Origin: an uncultured Eubacterium sp.
GTDB lineage: Bacteria > Bacillota > Clostridia > Lachnospirales > Lachnospiraceae
DNA length: 64,000 nt
NCBI GenBank assembly: GCA_910577225.1
Contig: CAJTMV010000004.1
Coordinates: forward strand, 103,005-167,004
Direction: 5' to 3'
In this document: one piece after another, positions 1 to 8,440 of the stretch
Layout of the letters: every line of letters starts with the position of its first letter
How positions within the stretch are numbered: the stretch's first letter is position 1
Notes under the pieces: model-generated
What the model was told of the DNA's origin: nothing
Databases searched by the model: none
The model's input: the letters and a program-made list of their open reading frames with translations, nothing else
Program-made: the position numbers and the translations under genes

Positions 1-30
1 AGACAGGGCAGAAATAGTGAGGAATGATCG

Positions 31-282
31 ATGGATGAAAATATAGAAAACAGTAAAGCTCAGTTGGAAAACGCAGAAGAAGCAGATGTGCGTCTGGAAG
101 AGATACTGATACAGGTGGAACAGTGTCTGGAGCGTCTGGAAGATCCTGGAATTTCGCTGGAAGATTCGTTTCGCTGGTATGAGGAAGGAATTCGCAAACT
201 AAAGATCTGCAATGAAAAAGTCGAACAGATTGAGAAGAAAATGCTGGTGATGAATGCCAGAGGGGAATTAGAAGAATTTTAA
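31..282 (+). CDS. xseB: Exodeoxyribonuclease VII small subunit
   Basis: 83 aa helical protein. The LEDSFRWYEEGIRKLKICNEKVEQIEKK region matches the XseB pattern. Confidence 0.8.
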   Translation: MDENIENSKAQLENAEEADVRLEEILIQVEQCLERLEDPGISLEDSFRWYEEGIRKLKICNEKVEQIEKKMLVMNARGELEEF

Positions 283-478
283 TGCAGGCTGGAAAGAAAC
301 GGGTTTGAAAACAGAAAAGTTTTAATGAGGAAAGAAAAAAGCGAACGGACGAACGGGTAGAAACTGAAAAAATGAAAAGTAAAGCAGAAAGAGAAAAAAT
401 ATAAAAGAAATAAGACAGAAATCAGAAATAGAAAAAAGAAAAAGATAGAGAAAATAAAATCAGGAAAATAGTAAAGAG
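283..478 (+). repeat. Purine-rich (mostly A/G) low-complexity non-coding tract
   Basis: By my count, 33 of 188 nt in 291-478 are pyrimidines. Stop codons occur in all three + frames. The tract ends exactly at the IS left inverted repeat. Confidence 0.5.
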
Positions 479-1988
479 CTCAACTTTCCCAGCAGATATT
501 TTCAAACAAAGCTTGTATAAATGCCGCCTGAGAGTTCATCCATTCGGTCACTTTACTTTTGATACAAGCTGTGATATCTGCTGACAAAGCAGAAAACTGC
601 TCTACGAACAGAGCCATAAGGCTCTGAAGTGCACTGATAAAATCCATATCCTGGATGTCATCGCAGAACATGAAGAATAACTCGCCATAAGTTTTCTCAT
701 CATTTTCCTTACGGCGTATCCATTCCAGTATGATATACCTGGTGAATACAATTGCTGTATGGCTAACCATAGCGTCATAAGTACGGCTCTGGAACTCTGT
801 GCCAAGTTTTAAAAAGGACTTTGATGCTTTGAAAAAGCATTCAATTGACCACCGGTTTCCATAAATGCGTACAATCTCAGAATCACTTAAGCTACAGTCG
901 GTGCTGAGCAGATACAGGCATTCGCTCTTTTTATTACGGTTGCGCACAATGACAATCTTCACGGAGATTCCGGTTTTGGTGGCCACCACAATCGAGCCAA
1001 AAATATTTTTACTGTTATCAAAGCGTACAAACCTGCGCAGCTCCGGCAAGGTATAGAGCTTTCCCTGATAGCTGTAGCGTTGCTTTAGCTGTTTTACCAT
1101 TCCGATAACATCAGGGCCGGCCTCTAATATTTTAGCCAGCATCGGCTCTGTTGTAAACCAGGTATCCATAAGGACATAATCCGCCTTTATCCCTGCGGCC
1201 AATGCCCTCCGGATTAAAAGGATTGCAGCTTCCGGCTTTGCCAAAAGGCTTTCCTTACGGGCTTTGTAACCATTGGTACGGCGGTCGGCCTTATCAGATA
1301 TTTCCTGATAGCGGTTGCTTTTCTTTACGGAAGAAAGCAGGCTGAAGCCAACCGGCACAAAGCTATAGCCGTCAGACCATCCCAGCGTAAGCATGGTAAA
1401 TCCCTTCTGGTATTTATGTTCTACATGGTCATATACCCGTGCGAGGAGTTCCACGGCTTTGCTGCGGTTACGTTTGACCACGGAATCATCCAGAACCAGA
1501 ACCTTTACCCGTTCCGGCCTGGTAAGGCTGCTGAATACGGCGGTCACTTTTGCAGACAGCAGCAGGAGGAACTTTGCCCAATTGAAAGAAGCATCATTTA
1601 AAAAGCGGTAGTAAGTATTCTTAGAAACAGCCAGGTCTTTCCGTTTTGAATTCAGAAAACGAAAAAGGTTCCTGCCCTGAAACACTAAAAGCAGCAGGAA
1701 CTGGAATACTTCGTATGCGGAAACACCGCAGGACTTGGTTATATTTGCTTTACGCAGCAGTTTTCCAATCTGTAATTCCCTGATTGCATTAGAAAACTGA
1801 TTTTGGGTGTTTTCATTTTGGCTCATTTGGTTTATCATAAGATTAGCACCTCTTCTTTGGGAAATTTGATGTGGTAATCTTATTATACCAGAGATTTGGT
1901 GCTGTTTTAATGTCAAGACACCAATTTTTATATTATTTTGCTTGTAAATTCAAGCGTTTAACCCAGTTTTGCTGGTGGGAAAGTTGAG
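479..1988 (-). mobile_element. IS4-like insertion sequence (DDE transposase) with 17-bp terminal inverted repeats
   Basis: The left end CTCAACTTTCCCAGCAG (479-495) matches the reverse complement of the right end CTGGTGGGAAAGTTGAG (1972-1988), 16/17. A single transposase ORF lies inside. No target-site duplication is visible. Confidence 0.8.
480..1838 (-). CDS. IS4-family DDE transposase
   Basis: Long ORF with DDE-type blocks (VLVLDDS, YVLMDTWF, YGNRWSIECFF). I prefer the ATG at 1838 (Met27 of the tracked ORF) because GAAGAGGTG lies upstream. The alternative start is 1916. Confidence 0.8.
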   Translation of the reverse strand: MINQMSQNENTQNQFSNAIRELQIGKLLRKANITKSCGVSAYEVFQFLLLLVFQGRNLFRFLNSKRKDLAVSKNTYYRFLNDASFNWAKFLLLLSAKVTAVFSSLTRPERVKVLVLDDSVVKRNRSKAVELLARVYDHVEHKYQKGFTMLTLGWSDGYSFVPVGFSLLSSVKKSNRYQEISDKADRRTNGYKARKESLLAKPEAAILLIRRALAAGIKADYVLMDTWFTTEPMLAKILEAGPDVIGMVKQLKQRYSYQGKLYTLPELRRFVRFDNSKNIFGSIVVATKTGISVKIVIVRNRNKKSECLYLLSTDCSLSDSEIVRIYGNRWSIECFFKASKSFLKLGTEFQSRTYDAMVSHTAIVFTRYIILEWIRRKENDEKTYGELFFMFCDDIQDMDFISALQSLMALFVEQFSALSADITACIKSKVTEWMNSQAAFIQALFENICWES

Positions 1989-2013
1989 TTATAAATATAT
2001 AAGGAGTGAAGGA

Positions 2014-2739
2014 ATGTTTTATATAGCAGTATGTGATGATGAGGAATATTTTCGCACAAGAGAAGAACAACTGATCATCAAATATATGGAAGCCAAAGGC
2101 TATCATTATAAAATAGAAATTTTTGATTTGGGAAGTGAGTTGTTGAATTTAGGAAATGCCATATCCAAATTTGATATGATATTTCTTGACATAAATATGG
2201 AAGAAATTGACGGAATAGAAACTGCTAAAAGAATCAGGCGAGTTACGAAAGATACTTATATCGTTTTTGTCACAGCCTTTGTTACATATGCATTGGAAGG
2301 ATATAAGGTAGACGCAGTACGCTATTTGTTGAAAGAAGATGAATATTTAGAGAAAGCTATTTATGAATGTCTAAATACCATTGTATATAAAATGAATTAT
2401 GAGGAATACAAACATACCTTTGAATTTCAAGAAGGTATCGTTGAACTTTATTACGAAGATATTCTGTATGTTGAAAGTAATTTGCATAAATTGATATTTC
2501 ATATGGTAACAAATGATACAGACAGATATACCACATATGAAAAGTTAGATATAATTGATGAATTATTACGGGAGGCTGGCTTTTGCAGAATTCACAAAAG
2601 TTATTTGGTAAATTTAAAGTATGTGGAAAGCATAGAACGATATAAGGTCAGGTTATCCAATGGAGATTGCTTGGGAATATCTAAGTCAAGATATTTAGAT
2701 ACAAGAAATGAGTTTGTTTGTTACAGAGGTGAAATTTAA
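2014..2739 (+). CDS. LytTR-family response regulator (AgrA-like)
   Basis: Receiver domain (IAVCDDEE, FLDINMEEIDG) plus a C-terminal LytTR domain (FCRIHKSYLVNLKYV). The ATG at 2014 is preceded by AAGGAG. The tracked ORF start at 1969 lies inside the IS inverted repeat. Confidence 0.85.
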   Translation: MFYIAVCDDEEYFRTREEQLIIKYMEAKGYHYKIEIFDLGSELLNLGNAISKFDMIFLDINMEEIDGIETAKRIRRVTKDTYIVFVTAFVTYALEGYKVDAVRYLLKEDEYLEKAIYECLNTIVYKMNYEEYKHTFEFQEGIVELYYEDILYVESNLHKLIFHMVTNDTDRYTTYEKLDIIDELLREAGFCRIHKSYLVNLKYVESIERYKVRLSNGDCLGISKSRYLDTRNEFVCYRGEI

Positions 2740-4040
2740 TGGAAACGCAGATATATGGGATTTTTTATGCAATATTGTATGTGGTGTTGTGTAAAATGTT
2801 TGTGGAGACTTTTGAAGAAAAGCGGGATTTCACGAAAAATCTGTACCGATATGGAATGTTTATGTTCCTTACAGTAATGGTTTATATGGTTTCCGTGATG
2901 TTTGCCAACAACTTTGCTTTGAAAGAAATATTTATTATTGCTCTAAGCACAATTTGTATGTGGATGAGTTTTCAGCAAAAAATTGTCAAAGCAGTAATAT
3001 TAGTTTTATTTTATCAGGGAGTAGGTTTGGTTATTGATTACATTTCTGTTATAGTTATGTCTAAATGTTTTCCCGCTATAACAATGGAACGGTTATCTGA
3101 TCCTGCGGTAAATTTAATGTTAGGGACGTTGAGCCAGATTTTTTTATTTTGTTTTATTATGCTCGTAAAAAGATATGTCGTGAGAAAGTCTGCCGAAGTA
3201 TTGACAGCAATGGAGTGGGTGCGGTTTGCTACCTTCCCGGTATTTACGATTATTGTACTGGTTGCGCTTTTGACAGGTTTTCAAATTCCGTTAAATAACA
3301 GTCAGAAAAATATTTTAATCTGTATTGCTTTTGGTCTGCTATTAATGAATATCATTGTTTTTGGTTTAAGTAATGATATATTAAAAAGAGAAATGCTGAT
3401 AAGAGAGAATCGATTATTCCGTGAACGTGTAATAAATGAAACCGGGATGTATAGAACTATCTCGGAAAATTATGATAAGCAGAGAAAAAGAGAACATGAA
3501 TACAAAAATCAAATGGCATTTATTGCTGCGTTAGCCCGTGATAATAAAGTAGAAGAATTGAACCATTATTTAGAAGAGTATAATAAAGAAATATTAGCGA
3601 ACATGGACTTGATTGATACAAATAATGTGATAGTAAATGCAATATTAAATTCAAAATATCAGGAAGCGAGGGAAAAAGGCATTGTATTTGTGGTAAAGGT
3701 CAATGATTTATCCGATTTAAAAATAAAAGATGAAGATATTGTTCTTATACTCTCTAATTTATTGAATAATGCAATAGAGGCAAGCGAAAAATGTAATGAA
3801 GCTGTGGTCAGGTTAAAGTTCGTGAAAGAAAAGAAGCAGATTATCATATCTGTTGTAAATACAATGGCAAATGAGCCGTTAATCAATGGCAATAAATTTG
3901 TAACCAGTAAAACAGAAGATGCAGATATGCATGGGATTGGTATTGAGAATATTAAGGAAGCAGTAGGAAAATATGGTGGTTCCTGTGTGATAAAACATGA
4001 CAGCAAGAGTTTTCGTTTTGCAATTCTTATTCCTGATTAG
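2739..4040 (+). CDS. AgrC-like GHKL sensor histidine kinase (multi-TM N-terminus)
   Basis: The first ~200 aa are hydrophobic with roughly 6 TM segments. An H-box-like REHEYKNQ is followed by an N-box NLLNNAIEA and a G-box HGIGIENI. The TAATG overlap with the RR stop implies translational coupling. Confidence 0.8.
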   Translation: METQIYGIFYAILYVVLCKMFVETFEEKRDFTKNLYRYGMFMFLTVMVYMVSVMFANNFALKEIFIIALSTICMWMSFQQKIVKAVILVLFYQGVGLVIDYISVIVMSKCFPAITMERLSDPAVNLMLGTLSQIFLFCFIMLVKRYVVRKSAEVLTAMEWVRFATFPVFTIIVLVALLTGFQIPLNNSQKNILICIAFGLLLMNIIVFGLSNDILKREMLIRENRLFRERVINETGMYRTISENYDKQRKREHEYKNQMAFIAALARDNKVEELNHYLEEYNKEILANMDLIDTNNVIVNAILNSKYQEAREKGIVFVVKVNDLSDLKIKDEDIVLILSNLLNNAIEASEKCNEAVVRLKFVKEKKQIIISVVNTMANEPLINGNKFVTSKTEDADMHGIGIENIKEAVGKYGGSCVIKHDSKSFRFAILIPD

Positions 4041-4050
4041 AAAAGAAAGT

Positions 4051-4076
4051 AGGTACAGTCTTGTATCTGCTTTTTT
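4051..4076 (+). terminator. Weak intrinsic terminator after the RR-HK pair
   Basis: aggtaca-gtct-tgtatct forms a 7-bp stem with one G-U pair, followed by gcTTTTTT. Confidence 0.35.
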
Positions 4077-4088
4077 ATTAAATTTCCA

Positions 4089-4117
4089 ATTCTGTCAAAA
4101 AATTCCTGATTCTGCAA
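4089..4117 (+). promoter_or_regulatory. Candidate LytTR (AgrA-type) direct-repeat box upstream of agrBD
   Basis: ATTCTGTCA (4089-4097) and ATTCTGCAA (4109-4117) are separated by an 11-nt A/T-rich spacer. A TATAAAAT -10-like element follows at about 4123-4130, about 90 bp upstream of the agrB start. Confidence 0.3.
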
Positions 4118-4213
4118 TAGATATAAAATAAGTTTTTGGTGCGCCGATATGGTAAATAAAAGTATATGGTGTTACTAAGTGGAAATTGATACTTAGGATT
4201 AGGAGGTGGGAGA

Positions 4214-4801
4214 GTGACAGAGCTTATGGCAGATATGATCACAGAGCGTTTATTGATCAATGGGATGATAAGAAGTTGTGACAAAGAAATGTACCATTAT
4301 TCAATCCAAGTCTTAATTGAAAAAATAGTAGGATTTTCAGTCATTTTTATGATTTCAATCAAATGGGGAGCCTTGTTGGAAACAGTTTTATTTGTTTTTT
4401 GTTTCTCTTGTATTAGAGGACATACTGGAGGGTTCCATGCAAAAAGTTTTTCGGGATGTTTTATAGGTACAATAGGAATTTATATTGCATATATAAAATG
4501 TTTTTATCCAATTTTGCTGAGGAATATGGATATTAATATGCTTTTGCTTTTGATAGCTGGAGTTCTTATTTTTATAATAGGCGCTGTAAATCATCCGAAT
4601 ATGGATTGGAGTAAAGATGAGTATAATGTAAGTAAAAAGATTGCAAGAGAGATTGTCATAGTGGAAGTATGTAGTATCACTGCGCTTTATTTGTTGGGAA
4701 TGAAAGAAAGTTATGTTTTATTTATGAGTTTTGGATTGATTTTAAGTGCATTTTTATTAGCACTCGGAAAAATAACAAAACAGGAGGTGAAATGTGAATG
4801 A
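4214..4801 (+). CDS. agrB: AgrB-family autoinducer-peptide processing membrane protease
   Basis: 195 aa polytopic protein with the CIRGHTGGFHA motif typical of AgrB. GTG start after AGGAGGTG. Confidence 0.85.
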   Translation: MTELMADMITERLLINGMIRSCDKEMYHYSIQVLIEKIVGFSVIFMISIKWGALLETVLFVFCFSCIRGHTGGFHAKSFSGCFIGTIGIYIAYIKCFYPILLRNMDINMLLLLIAGVLIFIIGAVNHPNMDWSKDEYNVSKKIAREIVIVEVCSITALYLLGMKESYVLFMSFGLILSAFLLALGKITKQEVKCE

Positions 4802-4962
4802 AGAAAAAAGTGGAAAAAGGTTTGCTGAGCATTGTCGAAAAGGTAGTTAGATTGGAAGTACAAAAGAATGATGGCGGTGATCCGCCAATCTGTCCGTTTA
4901 TTTTACATCAGCCTAAAAGACCGAAGAAACAGGCAGGATTTGGATCAAGCGATGAGCATTAA
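4798..4962 (+). CDS. agrD: AgrD-type cyclic lactone autoinducer peptide precursor (54 aa, absent from the ORF track)
   Basis: My translation: MKKKVEKGLLSIVEKVVRLEVQKNDGGDPPICPFILHQPKRPKKQAGFGSSDEH. It has an amphipathic N-terminus and a Cys followed by 4 residues (CPFIL), then HQPxxP, as in clostridial AgrD (compare C. perfringens CLWFT-HQPEEP). The start overlaps the agrB stop (ATGA). Confidence 0.75.
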   Translation: MKKKVEKGLLSIVEKVVRLEVQKNDGGDPPICPFILHQPKRPKKQAGFGSSDEH

Positions 4963-5019
4963 GTATTATGGCTATGAATGAAATGGATTTCAAATTATTT
5001 TATCAAGGAGGACGAATTT

Positions 5020-5904
5020 ATGGATGTTTCAAATGTAGGAGCAGCAAGAGGTCATCAATATGAACCGAAAACAGCAAGTGCTTTACAGGAAGAGGTCAAA
5101 AACACACCTGATTCGGAAAGAAAGGATTTAGGTGTAATTGTTGAGATTTCAAAAGACTCGCCGGAGGCACAGAGAATATCGGAAACAGTACGTCAAAGAA
5201 TAAAAGGGCAGCAGAGAGGAAAAGGCAACCCTTCAATGCACAGGATCATTAACGGAGACAGCGTGAATGGTATGGTTAGTTTTTATGGTGCAAGCGTGAC
5301 GAAAGAGCAAAGTGAGAAGCTGCAAAGTGTTATTATGGACTTAGAGAAGCAGGGCTTTGTAAAGGCTACGCCTGATGTAAATGGTAGCTATCAGGCAGGT
5401 GATGAGGCATTAGGTTCTACATTGGAGCCGGGAACATACGCACAGCTTGGTCTTAAAGTTTCACAGCTTGCCTATGCTTGCAAAGAAATGGGATTGACTG
5501 ATGAAGTAGCAGAGCGGATAACAAGTGCGTATGGTAAGCAGGCAGAAGAGAAGATCAATAAGGTAAACAGCATGATTGAATTTGCTGCCAAGCAGGTAAA
5601 GATTGAACAGGAGAAGTTATATAGGGAGCATGGAACACCCAATTACAAAAAGGGAGTTTCTAAGGCAAGGAGTACAACAGGAAAAAACAGCGTGGAGGTA
5701 AATAAGGAAACAAACAGTGACATTTATAAGATGTTTGCCAATCTTGATGTAAGCAGTAAAGAAAACTTTAGAAGTAGTTTTGAAAAGGCACTGGCAGGGT
5801 TCAAGGATTATTTTGTTTCTGATCCGATTGAACATTACAATGGAACTGGTCGGGAGCAAAGACAGTTAGATGAACTGTTAAAGCGGTTTAACAATTTTAT
5901 ATAA
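5020..5904 (+). CDS. Hypothetical protein (294 aa, no signal peptide)
   Basis: Long ORF. The ATG at 5020 is preceded by AAGGAGG, and no terminator separates it from agrD. I recognise no motif. Confidence 0.6.
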   Translation: MDVSNVGAARGHQYEPKTASALQEEVKNTPDSERKDLGVIVEISKDSPEAQRISETVRQRIKGQQRGKGNPSMHRIINGDSVNGMVSFYGASVTKEQSEKLQSVIMDLEKQGFVKATPDVNGSYQAGDEALGSTLEPGTYAQLGLKVSQLAYACKEMGLTDEVAERITSAYGKQAEEKINKVNSMIEFAAKQVKIEQEKLYREHGTPNYKKGVSKARSTTGKNSVEVNKETNSDIYKMFANLDVSSKENFRSSFEKALAGFKDYFVSDPIEHYNGTGREQRQLDELLKRFNNFI

Positions 5905-5926
5905 AACATGAGAAAGGGGAATTATT

Positions 5927-7225
5927 ATGAAAGCTACAAAAGTGTTATGTGGAATTTTAACATGTGCAATACTTTTTGGAAATGCAGGTATAGTACACGC
6001 TAAAGAGACTCAAAGTGCAAGGAATATTCCAGCACTGACAGCAGAGATGATGGAGGAGAGTATAAATCTTTCGGCACAGTCAGCAAGAATGTCTGGAAAT
6101 GTGTCCGCAGGATATGTTACCGGCTATTTATCTGATACATCAGATGGGGCTTTATACACCATTACAGTTCCCAATGGTTGTATGATGCAGGCGCAGTTGG
6201 AGCAGCCGGGTAATGCAGCAATAGACTATGATTTATATATATTTGACAAAGATGACAATAGTATAGATGCCTCTGAGAATGTGACTAATGTTGTGAACGG
6301 TAAAACATTGGTGGAAGATGTTGCAGTTATTAACACAACTGGGACAGAGGCAGAATATAAAATTTTGGTAAATTCATTTGTTGGTGGAAGTGAGACAGAG
6401 GCATATACCCTGACTTATGCATTGACAGATGTTTATGATGATTATGAGACGGATGAACAGCCACGGAGAGCAGGCGAATTTGTATTTTCGAGTGCATCTG
6501 ATTCAATCAGTGACAGAAATATTAGTTCGCCAATAGATAGCGATTGGTATATGTTTACTGTACCGTCCGGCTATGATGAAATGCAGTTAAATATTTCTTC
6601 ATCATCAGCAAATAGCCATGCAGTGTTGGCATATAAGAATATTGCAACAGATGGTACATATCAGATGGCTCCGGTTTCTTTATCCAGCGGAAAGAACGCA
6701 GTAACAGCAGGAGATGTATATTATCTTAAGGTCTGCTATGGTGGAGCCTTGAACGGATTTGCTCAGGACAGTATTGAGAATTATACATTATCTATTAACT
6801 TTTCTGTTAAATCGCTGGAACCGGGATCGATATCCATTACAGGATTTGAGGGTGGTACTTATGTTACATATGGTTATGGCAGGTTATACCGTGTGACAGG
6901 AGGCACATTGACTGTAAAAGGTATAGTTAAAGATACGGAAGGCAAAGATTTAGCCAATGCACCTGTTTTAGTGGCATTTGCAAACCCTGCATGGGAGGGG
7001 GATTCACGCTATGGGCTTGTTCCGGCAGAAGGAGTGACGGATGCATCAGGAAGATTTACTATAACAGTTACGTTACCGCCTAAAGCTGGATTAGAATGTT
7101 ATTATGTCAATCCTTCAACGCATTACTACGATACTTGTACCGTAATAGCAACTCCGGGCAATGATTTGTATGCTACCGATTTTGTTTATCAATATGCTTA
7201 TTCTGCATATGGAGATAACACATAA
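5927..7225 (+). CDS. Secreted protein with two pre-peptidase C-terminal (PPC)-like domains and a carboxypeptidase-regulatory-like domain
   Basis: Signal peptide MKATKVLCGILTCAILFGNAGIVHA. PPC-like strings AIDYDLYIFDKDDN and DSDWYMFTVPSG. C-terminal GIVKDTEGKDLANAPV...TDASGRFTITV. No catalytic domain is visible. Confidence 0.6.
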   Translation: MKATKVLCGILTCAILFGNAGIVHAKETQSARNIPALTAEMMEESINLSAQSARMSGNVSAGYVTGYLSDTSDGALYTITVPNGCMMQAQLEQPGNAAIDYDLYIFDKDDNSIDASENVTNVVNGKTLVEDVAVINTTGTEAEYKILVNSFVGGSETEAYTLTYALTDVYDDYETDEQPRRAGEFVFSSASDSISDRNISSPIDSDWYMFTVPSGYDEMQLNISSSSANSHAVLAYKNIATDGTYQMAPVSLSSGKNAVTAGDVYYLKVCYGGALNGFAQDSIENYTLSINFSVKSLEPGSISITGFEGGTYVTYGYGRLYRVTGGTLTVKGIVKDTEGKDLANAPVLVAFANPAWEGDSRYGLVPAEGVTDASGRFTITVTLPPKAGLECYYVNPSTHYYDTCTVIATPGNDLYATDFVYQYAYSAYGDNT

Positions 7226-7348
7226 TTGTTTTTGGGGCTGTGTCAAGAGTGATTTAGCAACACATTTGGCAGGGATTAAGGTGTTTGGATAATCAGCTAT
7301 AAATATTTTGCAGTCACATATGTTAGAGATTTAAGGAGGTATTTGCTC

Positions 7349-7819
7349 ATGAAAAAATTAATTTCTTTTATTACATGTATTGCTATGTGTATGATGCTTG
7401 TTATGCCTGTATCAGCGGCAGAGATAGCACCAAATGATGAAACGGTTACAATGACAGAGGAATCTGTTGCATCGGTATATTCTACGAATTATTTCAGGAA
7501 AATTACACCGAAGTTAAATTCTGTTTATGGTAATCCATCAACAGTTGCAACCCTTTCATCTGGCTCTGTAACTGGAACTAATCCGAGTATTACATCTGTG
7601 ACGGTATATTCACGTGTAAGTACAGGAAGCGATCCATTTTATGTTTTTGTTGAAGATCCTTATGGAAATTGGGATTATGATATAGTGAGTGCAAGCGGCA
7701 CAAGCACTTTTTCGTCTTTTGATGGATATGATCCCTCTGGAAGTTGGAAAGTATGGATTGTGACTATGGGAGATGTTTCAACAGCTACATTAACATTGAC
7801 TGTGAATTATCGTTATTAA
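7349..7819 (+). CDS. Small secreted protein, possibly proprotein-convertase P-domain-like
   Basis: Signal peptide MKKLISFITCIAMCMMLVMPVSA after AAGGAGG. FYVFVEDPYGNW...FDGYDPSGSWKVWIV resembles the P-domain pattern. This is an assignment by eye only. Confidence 0.5.
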   Translation: MKKLISFITCIAMCMMLVMPVSAAEIAPNDETVTMTEESVASVYSTNYFRKITPKLNSVYGNPSTVATLSSGSVTGTNPSITSVTVYSRVSTGSDPFYVFVEDPYGNWDYDIVSASGTSTFSSFDGYDPSGSWKVWIVTMGDVSTATLTLTVNYRY

Positions 7820-7867
7820 TATAAAGGGCAATGTGACTGCAATTTATTTTAAAAAGGAGATTGGTGT

Positions 7868-8413
7868 ATGAATATTAATGGAAATAGTACGAGATGGTTT
7901 TCGCAAAATTCTTTAATGAGCAAATTCTTTTCACAAAAAAAAGTAAACAGAAGTGATATATCAGGTCAAACAACAACCAATGCAAACAGCGGTGTTAAGT
8001 ATAAACATAGTTATTTGTATTACAATGAAGATGGTGTCCCTTGCTTTTCAAAGGAACAGGCTGAAAGATGTCTTAAAGGAAGAACAGATTGCCGCAATAT
8101 CGTATCTGTATCAGAGCAGGTAAAAGCAGATTTAGCGGAGGTAGTTAAACAAGATTTTATTAGTACTAACGGATGGGGAATACCAGAAGGAAGTAAAAGA
8201 CATGATGTGGTTAATAATTATTTGAGTACAATTCCGCCTAAACAGTGTGCCTCTGCATCATGGACATTGATAAAAATGGCAGGAGATTATGCTGAAAGAT
8301 TGCAAGCATTAGTAAGAGAAAATAATCCGGGATGGAAACCGGGTGATGCATTTGATACAAGTATTTTGGATCAGCTTGATGGCACTCTCGGAGGTGTGGA
8401 CTTTAAAGTATAG
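7868..8413 (+). CDS. Hypothetical protein (181 aa)
   Basis: ORF with an AAGGAG RBS. Four Cys residues and no recognised motif. Confidence 0.55.
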   Translation: MNINGNSTRWFSQNSLMSKFFSQKKVNRSDISGQTTTNANSGVKYKHSYLYYNEDGVPCFSKEQAERCLKGRTDCRNIVSVSEQVKADLAEVVKQDFISTNGWGIPEGSKRHDVVNNYLSTIPPKQCASASWTLIKMAGDYAERLQALVRENNPGWKPGDAFDTSILDQLDGTLGGVDFKV

Positions 8414-8440
8414 ATATTATAAGTCAAGGAGGATGATAAT

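Noticed and set aside
283-478. Purine tract as a Lys/Glu/Arg-rich coding sequence
   Set aside because: TAA, TAG and TGA codons interrupt all three + frames every few codons, and the minus strand has no ORF of useful length.
1969-2013. N-terminal extension of the response-regulator ORF
   Set aside because: It would start inside the IS terminal inverted repeat and has no RBS. The ATG at 2014 has AAGGAG upstream and yields a canonical receiver N-terminus.
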